Assembly (NCBI GenBank): GCA_004022145.1
Contig: RCNU01000002.1
Reading direction: 5' to 3' (one strand)
Source: Paecilomyces variotii
Taxonomy: Eukaryota
Length of the DNA stretch: 64,000 nucleotides
Made by a program: the position numbers and the translations under genes. The first letter of the stretch is position 1, and every line of letters begins with the position of its first letter. This document shows positions 54,789 through 64,000 of the stretch, in pieces. Below the pieces are notes generated by a model. That model worked only from the letters and a program-made list of their open reading frames with translations. It ran no database searches and was not told where the DNA came from.

Positions 54789-55019
54789 GGCCGACTGCTT
54801 TCTGGTTTGTGATAGAGAACTCGTGAGAAGAGTGAATTCCCTGAACGACTGACTGACACGTCGGACATGATCGATTTGAATCCCCCCGCAAGGTTGGCGG
54901 TGCCGAGTCTGGACTCCTGACATGTGATGAACACCCCCGGATACGAGAGGTCCGACACCTCGTCGTGAGGAGATCTGCTCACCGCTATGATCGGATCGAC
55001 TCATGAGGCCAGTTGACTG

Positions 55020-55020
<1 letters not shown>

Positions 55021-55050
<30 letters not shown>
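55021..55050. repeat. Poly(T)30 tract
   Basis: Direct reading; lies in the intergenic region between two divergent genes. Confidence 0.95.
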
Positions 55051-55052
<2 letters not shown>

Positions 55053-56205
55053 GCGGAGAGCCACAACCGGGAACAATCATATATATAATTACCCATTGAA
55101 CGTCAAATGGAGGCATGAGATGAACCCCTTGCGAACAGGTGAGATCGCTAACGTGTGTGGAGCGGATCATCGCGCTCCCAGTACAGTACGATACCAAGAT
55201 CTAAGGGTGAACTTGGACCAATTCCTGGAAAATCGTAGAGATCTACCATCTCCGGTTCCCACTCAGATTTCACAAACTGCAGACACTTTTCAGGATCTTT
55301 GGAGTAACTGCAGAAAAATTTGAGCAGCCAAATACATGGAGTGAGTGGTATCGTATGGAACAAAAAGGTGAACAAAAAGGTTACAAGTCCACATACGCAA
55401 CCAAACGACTGTAGTATAAATTACTCTTTGCATGCTATTCAATTTGAAGCTTGATAGTCATTGTATTTTCTCCCTTTTTGGATTTTCATATATGACGATC
55501 ATGGGTACATAGCTGGTAGAGTGTGGACATACTTTACTGAGGTTCATTGTAAGCTCCCGGCAAACTGCACCAGCTGCCGACTCCGATTCAGGACAGCAAT
55601 ATGCATGCCCGTAGCGTGGGATAATCATATCTGACAACAAAAGAATTTACGGAAAATACATAGCCCCATATCGATCGATGGATAAGATACGAGAGACCAC
55701 TAGGCTACACTAGTAAGTATGCGGAACCTTGGAAAGTCTAAATTTCCGAGAACACGAGGGATGGGGCAAATATAGATCTACTGGAGTACAAAATGAGGAC
55801 TAAGTGTTAGTTATACGGAGATAATAATACTATTGCAATTAACTTATCACCGCTCTTCATTATTGCATCAATTGATCCGTACCATCCACAGAAAAGGGTT
55901 ATAGTGGATCGAACTGTGACGCTATCGCAAGCGGTTTTATCGAATTGCAGAGAAGCATGTGGTAAGTTACACCCCAACCATGATTGGTAAGAAGTTAACT
56001 GGCTTACTTAGCTAGCAAGCATCCCAAGCTTGATCTTACAAATCTACAACAACAGCATTGCGTGAACTCAAAAACTGCTGCCGCCGCCGCTGCTGCTGCT
56101 AATACATCTTTCGTGGACCTTAAAAAACTAACTATCTACCTAAAGTGCTTGATCTACCCTTTCTGATATACGTAGAGCGCTTGAAGAGGCAAATACAACT
56201 CCACG

Positions 56206-57466
56206 ATGCTTGAAGTTATCATCCGCCCCGGTCCCAAGACGGAGGTTATCGGCTCCGATATCCCTGTCCCAAATGATGACCAGGTCGTCATCAAGGTCGT
56301 GGTGTCTGGCAGCAATCCTAAAGACTGGAAGGTACCGGAGTGGAGAGGTATGACCATCAACCAAGGTGATGATATTGCTGGTATCGTGCACCAGGTTGGG
56401 AAAAATGTAACGGAGTTCAAGGTAAGTCGTTGTGCATTATGAACTCGGTATTTATAGAGTCTGCGGGTGTCTCAGGTACTAACGTTATAACATTCATCTA
56501 TAGCCTGGAGACCGTGTTGCTGCTTTCCATGAAATGATGGCTCCCGGTGGTAGCTATGCGGAATATGCGGTCGCATGGGCGGACACAACGTTCCATATCC
56601 CGGCCAAGATTTCCTTTGAGGGTAAGCATCGATATTTTGACCCATAACTACTGTCTTGGAACTCATACTGATTCTGTTCTTAGAGGCTGCTACTATCCCG
56701 TATGTCGTTATGTCCCTAGATAATCCCCACTTCACCTCGCCTTCAAGCTCCTAACAGCTATCAATGCAGTCTGGCAGGTATGACTGCCGCACTTGGTCTC
56801 TTCGCTCGTCTGCAACTTCCCGACCCATGGACCCCCGCGCGCTCTCCCACCCCGTTGATTGTCTATGGTGGATCGACCGCCGTGGGCTCGTTCGCTCTGA
56901 AACTTGCCGTGAAGGCCAACATCCACCCACTGATTGTGGTGGCTGGCTCCGGCGCTTCGCACGTTGAGACCCTCATCGACCGCTCGAAGGGTGACACCAT
57001 CGTCGACTACCGCAATGGTGATGACGCCGTCCTTGAGGGAATCAAAAATGCTCTGCGTGCTGGCGGCCATGAATCAGTCAAGTACGCACTCGACGCCGTG
57101 TCTGAAAAGGGTAGTATCCAGAATATTGCGAAGGTCATTGACCCGCATGGAAACGCCACCTTCGTCCTACCATACCAGGATGCGGAGAAGGAATTCCCAG
57201 AGACGGTAAGACTCTCCATGACAATGGTAGGTAGCGTGCATGGCCAGGGGACCGGGGAGGGAGATAAGGATTTTGGTTATGTGTATTTCCGTTATTTTGG
57301 AAAGGGCCTCGCGGAAGGCTGGTTTACGGGCCATCCGTATGAAGTACGCAAGGGTGGCCTGGAGGGTGTTGAGGCAGCTTTGCAGGATCTGAAGGCTGGC
57401 AAGGCGAGTGCTGTCAAGTATGTGTTCAGGATTAGGGACACGCCCGGCCTCGAGGCAGCCAAATAA
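56206..57466 (+). CDS. Medium-chain dehydrogenase/reductase, trans-enoyl-reductase-like (LovC/YNL134C type)
   Basis: Exons about 56206-56421, 56504-56621, 56684-56699 and 56770-57466. Motifs GSNPKDWK, GDDIAGIV, GDRVAAFHEM, GSYAEYA, EEAATIPL, YGGSTAVG and GKASAVKYVFRI. Confidence 0.9.
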
Positions 57467-57654
57467 CTAGAACTGTTAGGTTGAGGTCTCACTACCGAAT
57501 CGTGGGACTATGTTCCATTTTGCAATATGTGTGTACATGCTGGTAATGTCATTTCGTTTTGCCTCATGCTTCCTAGTTCAAAACCAGAAACTATACTGTA
57601 TTTTATAGTACCTGATTTTATTGCTCCCCTCCTGCCCGTAGGTGGGTTGCTAAA

Positions 57655-58562
57655 TCAAGAACTCCCCTCCGGCATAAATGCAAACATCTTGATCTCAATA
57701 CTCTCTCGAGCTTTGGAATTTGCATACTCCGGGTCGATGAAAGCACAATGCGCCAGAGTCACACCTCCATTTCCCGTCTCCTTACTGTCAAACTGCTTAA
57801 ACACCAACGGTTCCGACGGCTCCTGATGCGAAAGGTAGAACCACTTGTGTTTATCATTATAGACGACACTACCAAACTCATTCCTGCCGTGAGGAAATAT
57901 CAGTCGATTAACCATCCAATCCGTCTCTGGATCCACTGAGGTCCAGTCACAGACCGTCAAAGGATCGCGGGTGATGGTCTTCAGGGGCCGCCACACATTA
58001 ATGATGCAGAACCGGCCTTTCGTGAGCTGTTCTCTTTCTGCTGGGTCTTTTACATTCACTTCGAGGTGATGCAGAGCCCCGGGAACTGTGAAGTCAGAAT
58101 GCACAATGTAAGCTGGGGCGCGGCTATCCCCCCGCTTGGCAGTATCAGTTGCCTTGCAGCGAATGCGATGGGCAAATACGATAGTCTTTGTAGCACCAGT
58201 CCTGTCCAATGATTAGTCCAATATCTTCATAGGATGGCGAGACGAGACACTCACAATTTCTGGACCAATGTTTCGGTTTCTGGAATCAGGAGAGCAGCGA
58301 CTAAGTCCTCATTCGAACAGTCCTTCAGTCCAGGAACTTCGTGATGGATATACTGAAACCCATTGCGGTCGAGGGTGAAGTCGTTCTCCTGGCCGCGAAT
58401 ATCATGGATTGTGACTGGGTGGGTGGTCCTCAAACTCTCGAGAGCATTGAACCTCTCTTCCCCGCCAGGAGTGGTGAAGTCTGTGCTAATGACCTTGCCA
58501 GGGGCAGGTTTCCAGTACACAAGCTCTGTTGTGACGTCCCTTCTGCAAGTTGTGGCAGCCAT
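57655..58562 (-). CDS. AsaB/CmcJ-like hydroxylase/desaturase (putative non-heme Fe oxygenase)
   Basis: Exons 58562-58255 and 58201-57655. Motifs IHDIRG...FTLDRNGFQY, LTGA...FAHRIR, VHSDFT (HxD), INVWRPL, DPLTVCD, HKWFYLS, FKQFDS, LAHCAF and RESIEIK match the AsaB-like family. Confidence 0.85.
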
Positions 58563-58976
58563 AGCCGTTCTCTTTTTCTTGTTTTCCAATGGTCCGAGTT
58601 AACAAGACACTTCAGGTACCTATTTTGTGATTCAGGAGAGGTACATACATAGGGCAAGACGTAGTATCGAAAGTGAATTGACATATTCCTCGTTGTAAAA
58701 GCTAGGCTAAAGCAGTGTTTGCTGTAGACAAGGAGGGGGTCCTTAGTTAATTCGTCCTTGAAGCCAATTAGAAACCTGATTATTAGTAGCATGCAAGTAG
58801 TTTGCCGTATTCGTATTCGCATTCGGAAAGAATACTGGATTCAGGAACACTTGAAGCTTTCGCATATACTACCTGACAAGTCTATCTGGACAGGATTTCT
58901 AGAAAACAAAATTACGCATAAACTTTTCCTTTCGTTTTGTTATTAGGTAGTGGTTTCAGCCGTGACTTCTCATCAT

Positions 58977-60110
58977 CTATTCGATCTTTCCCTTATTAAC
59001 CACGAAGCCCTCCAGGGCAGAGATGGCCGCCCACAATCGGTTCTCTGCCTCTGGGAAAACAAGAGAGCGTCTGCTGTAGAAGACTTCGTCGCTGACTTCT
59101 TCTGGGTGGCGTGGCAGACAGTGCATGAACTTCCAGCCCTCCTTGGCTCCTCCCCGTTTGGCAAGTTCTGAAGTGATCTGGAAACCCTCAAATGCCTTCA
59201 TTCTCTTGACCTTTTCTTCCTCCTGTCCCATGGACACCCAGGTGTCTGTCACGAGAATATCCGCACCCTTCACTGCCTCCTCGGGAACATTCGTCTGAAT
59301 GAGCTTTCCGGGAGAGCTGACTCCTGCACCGGCCTGCTTGATGATTTCAAGCATGGAAGCAGGAATTTCATACCCCTTTGGTGTCGCCACTGCGAGATCG
59401 ACACCCATCTTGGCCGCTCCAATTGCCATATCGAAGAGCACATTGTTCGCATCACCAACCCAGGCAATCTTCAGGCCCTCCAGGCCCAGGCTGGAGAGAC
59501 CGGCCTTGCCTGTCGTAGGAAACGTCTCGTGAATGGTCAAGAAGTCCGCGATAATCTGGAGCGGATGGAACGAATCGCAAAGGGCGTTGATAACCGGGAC
59601 CGTAGAGTGCTTCGCGAGATCGGCCACATCAGAGTGCTTTGCAACACGGGCGACAATGCACGACACCATCGACGACACCACTACTGAGGTATCGTACGAT
59701 GACTCATTGACCCCAAGCTGAATATCGTCCTTCCCCAAGAACATGGGGTGGCCACCCATTTGAACCACCGCTCCTTCTGTAGAAACCCTGGTCCTGGTAC
59801 TTCGCTTGTTGAAGATCATGGCGACCGTCTTGCCTGACAGAGAACCCAGGAGATTCCTCGGAATTGATCCCGACTTGATGGCTTTTTTGTGGGCAGAGGC
59901 ATTGCGGACAAGTGTAGCGAATTCGGCCGGTGTGAGGTCGGCAATTGAGAGCAGATGCCTAGGAGCGAAAGGAGAGGTGGGAGGTGTCGAGGGGGAGGAA
60001 TATTGTCGCAATTGACGAGCTCGGACAGCTCGAGAAAGCTGGTTGTTGCTGGTCAATCGATTTACATTGTGCAGACCATTGCGTGCTGCGACGTGCAGAC
60101 TGCAAGCCAT
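58977..60110 (-). CDS. argB: Ornithine carbamoyltransferase, mitochondrial
   Basis: Single exon from the ATG at 60110 with an Arg-rich presequence. Motifs RHLLSIADL, KRSTRTR, HPLQ, WVGDANNV, TDTWVSMG, FMHCLPR and EAENR. Confidence 0.98.
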   Translation of the reverse strand: MACSLHVAARNGLHNVNRLTSNNQLSRAVRARQLRQYSSPSTPPTSPFAPRHLLSIADLTPAEFATLVRNASAHKKAIKSGSIPRNLLGSLSGKTVAMIFNKRSTRTRVSTEGAVVQMGGHPMFLGKDDIQLGVNESSYDTSVVVSSMVSCIVARVAKHSDVADLAKHSTVPVINALCDSFHPLQIIADFLTIHETFPTTGKAGLSSLGLEGLKIAWVGDANNVLFDMAIGAAKMGVDLAVATPKGYEIPASMLEIIKQAGAGVSSPGKLIQTNVPEEAVKGADILVTDTWVSMGQEEEKVKRMKAFEGFQITSELAKRGGAKEGWKFMHCLPRHPEEVSDEVFYSRRSLVFPEAENRLWAAISALEGFVVNKGKIE

Positions 60111-60591
60111 TGTGGATGCGCAAGAATTGTAACGCTTTTTTTTCCTGCGTGGAATGGTTGAAAGCACTCAAGAGTGAGTCTGAGAAAACCGAAAGATAGC
60201 AAAGTCGGGATGCGAGCCGATGACACAAGTTCATATTCAATTGATACGGTAAATAATAATAATTACAGTACCAACACAATACGAACCGGTTACCGCTTGT
60301 TGGCCCGAGCGGCCGCTAAACCGTGGGGACGTCATCTCCAGGTCCAGTAACCTTACGGGGCCCGTACAAAAGAGGCTTGGCGAGGTCGGCCGTCGTAGAT
60401 AAGTACTAGAAGGCTTAGATTACATCTGCCTCAGGTACTGGTACAACGTCCCTCTCCGTTGTCACCGTCTGTCATCGACTCTTCCATCATCCAAAGTTTC
60501 TTGGAATAATAATGTGAAGCATCTCCCGCCTTTTGAAACAGGTCCAGATCCTCGTTCTGAGTCGGACCCCGCTAATCCACCTTCAACCATT

Positions 60592-63513
60592 ATGACTGAC
60601 GACGACGCAAACGCGCCCCTGCTGGACAGGGCGTCACGATCACCCTCACCTCAGCGTTCTATGAGGTCTAGTCGATCTGGGCATCAACAACAACCGAGTC
60701 CTTTCATTCCATCCACAGAATCGACACCCCTCCTGCTACATCACGACGATGGAGCATCCCGATACGGTTCAGCACTTGAAGCAAGGTCCTCACCGCCAGC
60801 CTCGAGAGACTCTTCGCTTTGTCGAACGACCGACGAATCCAAAGCTCACCGGCGGTTGCCAACATATCTAGCTATAGCTGTCTTAAGTGCGACCATCATC
60901 GCCATCCTCGTTCTTGTATTTGTCACGCCGGCTGCCGTCAAGGAATATGCCGAACAAGCAGTTGTCTTCAAACCTACCAATCTGTCCATCCATTCATCTA
61001 CTGCAGACGGCGTGAGGGCTAGAGTGCAGGGAGATTTCGTTCTGGATGCATCTCGTGTGCGGAAGAAGTCTGTTCGAGACCTTGGTCGGTTTGGCACATG
61101 GGTCGCAAGGGAAGTCAAAGCGGATGAATCCGAGGTGCAAGTCTACCTGCCCGAGTACGGTAACGTGCTTATTGGAACCGCATATGTACCCTCCATCAAG
61201 GCCAATGTCAGAAATGGTCATGTCAATCACATCGACTTTCTCACCGATTTGGTGGCTGGTGATATTGCCGGCATTCGACCGATTGCCAACGACTGGTTGG
61301 CGGGAAGGCTAGGTCAACTACGCTTCAAAGCGACCGCAGCTGTTACCCTAAGTTCGGGTCTGCTCAGTCTAGGCACTCAGGTTCTGTCTGATGTCGTTAC
61401 ATTTTCAGGTAGGTCGTCCAGTTCCAGTCAACGGTTACCCCTGCGTATAGGACTAATCTCCCAAACAGGCCGCGACCTGCCCCAGTTTCCGGAATTCAAT
61501 ATCACGAAGCTTAATGTCCATGAGGCAAAGATGCCTGGAAACAAACAAGCAATGGCTGTTGATGTCTCAGCCACTGTGCTGAATAGTTATCCGTTCAAGC
61601 TCACCGTCCCGCCTCTTGGTTTCGATATCTTGGTGCCGAATTGCTCGCCAGGAGACCCATATATCTTAGTGGCCGATGCCATCACAGAGACAGTCCATAT
61701 TCAACCAAAACAACCTACCGCTCTTGACGTCAGTGGACTGATCCATAATCTACCCGTCGAATTGACCAAAGTGTGCCCAGGACAGAAGAGCTCTCCGCTG
61801 GATTTGCTCGTGGCAAATTATATCCAGGGCTTGGAGACAACCATCTTTGTTCGCGGAGCGGATTCTCCGTCAGACGAGACTCCCACTTGGATAGTGGACC
61901 TAATGAAAAGTGTTATAGTACCTTTGCCATTCGCGGGGCATGCATTTGACAACCTGATCAAGAACTTTTCAATGACGAATGTGCATTTTAGCCTTCCAGA
62001 TCCCCTAGCTGAGCCAGGGAGTCCTGAAGCTCAGCCGAAGATATCGGCCTTCGTCAATGTCCTAATCAATTTGCCCGAGCAAATGAATTTTGCTGTGGAT
62101 ATACCCCGTGTGCGTGCTAATGCGGATGTCTTCTATCATGGAAACAAGCTTGGATTTCTAGATCTGAAGAAGTGGCAGCCTGCGAACGCTACCCGTCTTG
62201 AAGGTTCCGACGGGCCCCCTAGCCTGCTGGTAGTATTCGATATCAAAGATGCACCGCTCCACGTTACAGATGAGGATGTATTCACCGAAGCTATACAGGC
62301 TTTGATCTTTGGAGGACAGCCTATTTCCCTCAAGGTGGCTGCAGATGTTGATGCGGAGGTGAAGACGGCATTGGGGCAGTTTCTGATACGCAAGATACCT
62401 GCTGAAGGCAAGATCAATGTGAAGCGTAAGTCGAGGCCGACTGACTTGAAGACCCTCACGACTGAACATCCTTTAGCTCCCTACGGTCAGTCTTTATCTG
62501 ACATAAACCCCCGCGTCGAATCCCTGAAACTTCTACACACGACGGAAACGTCTGTTCTAGTTCAGGCAATGGTCAACTTCACGAACCCGACAAAGTATGC
62601 GGCGATGATCCCCCTGGCTGACCTGCTCCTGTCATACAATGGAATAGGAGTCGCACATTTGATTATGCGAAACGTCTCTGTTGTTCCTGGATCAAATTCT
62701 GGTGTTCCTCTAGAACTCCTCTGGAATCCATTCGATTCAAATGGCACTGATGGGATAGCAGCTGGTAGAGACATGCTGTCACAATACGTTTCAGGTCGGT
62801 ATCTTTGGGATATATTTTTCTTGGGTTAAGTGACTAAATTATCTTAGGAATGAACACTACTGTGACGCTCCAGAGCCACGAGGGTACTATACCTGCGCTA
62901 CCGCAGCTTGGCCGAGCGTTTTCCGAATTGCGACTAGATCTTCAAGTTCCCAGGCTTCGGTTACCGGGTGCACCACGCGATGACGATGACGATCCTGATG
63001 CTGATGATGGACCCCATTTCATCAAGGATGCAACGGTACTGTCTTCTTTCCTCGCTACTTCAGCCTTCTAGCGATTCTAACCAGTGTATACCGGTGGGGT
63101 GTCCCTCTTGTCACCACATTTGACCATTCCAGTCTAAATCACGACAGCAAGCTAACATCTATGCTTGATAGTTTCATCTGTGGACTTCAACCGCTGTTTT
63201 TACGCTGCTCTCACCGTTCGCTGAGACCACTGTATTTGTGACTTCGGTCGATGCGGTAGCTTTCTACAACCATACAGAAGCCCTTGCGAAGATTCTTTAT
63301 CAACTTCCTTTTGCAGTTCCGCCCGGCGAGTCAGAGACTCCAAGGCTCCCTGTCGATTTAAACGTGAATGATGCTGGTCTTGATGTTTTGAAAAGAGCTC
63401 TGGGTGGTACACTACGGATGGATGCTCTTGCGAAGATAGGCGTTAGGATGGGGGAATACCAGACAGTTATATTATACAAGGGTAAAGGTATTGGAGCGAA
63501 AGTCAGGATATAG
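60592..63513 (+). CDS. Tag1-like single-pass (type II) membrane protein with large beta-rich lumenal domains, probably vacuolar
   Basis: Exons 60592-61408, 61469-62425, 62477-62794, 62848-63035, 63172-63513. Cytosolic N-terminus with acidic dileucine-like motifs (DANAPLL, TESTPLL), one transmembrane helix, repeated beta-rich domains (NFTNPT, PLELLWNP) and the end GKGIGAKVRI. Confidence 0.75.
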
Positions 63514-64000
63514 CGCTGGTTCGTTATGATTTGCGGAATATCCCCGCCATTGTTCTTCAGGGAGGGGTTATTGGAGTATAGGGATAGGACCATTATCTAG
63601 CTCAGTTGGTTTTCTCTTCGCGGATATTTCATCCGCGACATGGCAAATATTAGGTTGCGTCGATTGATTGCTTATGAAGTACCAATTCACAGACTCTAGG
63701 TTATTGTGCCAGATCCTCGGAGCGGTTTCAGCTTCAATTTCTTTCATGATCTATAAGACATTCTCCTCCCCATTTTGCCTAACGAGATTCCCAGTGTCAC
63801 TTCAGTAACTAGTATGATGCTGAGGTGGCTCGTCTTGTCTTTTAATTCGACAACACCGTCGATCAACGAAGCAGCTATACAACGCACCATCGACTCGTAC
63901 CTATCATCGCTCACCCCGTGGTCTCGGATGGCTGGAAAGAACGGTCTTGGAACAAACTCCTCGTTCTATCACCTTTGACCAGAAATTGCACCTCATTACT

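Noticed and set aside
54774-55323. Poly-Lys and poly-Phe ORFs
   Set aside because: Translation of the T30 tract; no target-site duplication or retroelement body is visible to call it a retrocopy tail.
60175-60181. TGAGTCT upstream of argB as a CpcA/Gcn4 site
   Set aside because: Biologically plausible but has one mismatch to TGASTCA and lies only about 65 bp from the ATG; too weak to call.

Overview
Intron-containing DNA from a filamentous ascomycete, most consistent with Eurotiales (Aspergillus/Paecilomyces-like); the species cannot be fixed from sequence alone. I can support 16 protein-coding loci. In order: a 10-exon class I terpene (probably sesquiterpene) synthase; a small fungal DUF7770-like gene that appears frameshifted; a secreted Asp f 7/expansin-like DPBB protein; a chimera of a PTH11-like fungal rhodopsin-domain (GPCR-like) module and a FucP-type MFS sugar permease; NADP-glutamate dehydrogenase (gdhA); an aldo-keto reductase; a conserved hypothetical protein; Mediator subunit 5; a small secreted protein; an SH3-RasGEF; MLH3; a DUF3984-like protein; an MDR enoyl-reductase-like gene convergent with an AsaB-like Fe(II) oxygenase; ornithine carbamoyltransferase (argB); and a Tag1-like membrane protein. 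The most interesting feature is the receptor-transporter chimera, a candidate fused sugar transceptor. Also notable are a possible mitochondrial leader on the orphan terpene synthase, an 18-bp perfect palindrome with Leu3/LeuB-type sites upstream of gdhA, and a 5-codon uORF abutting the MED5 start. I found no tRNA, rRNA, CRISPR array or intact mobile element. All exon structures were assembled by eye from GT-AG sites and reading-frame continuity; family names are from motif recognition, not database searches.
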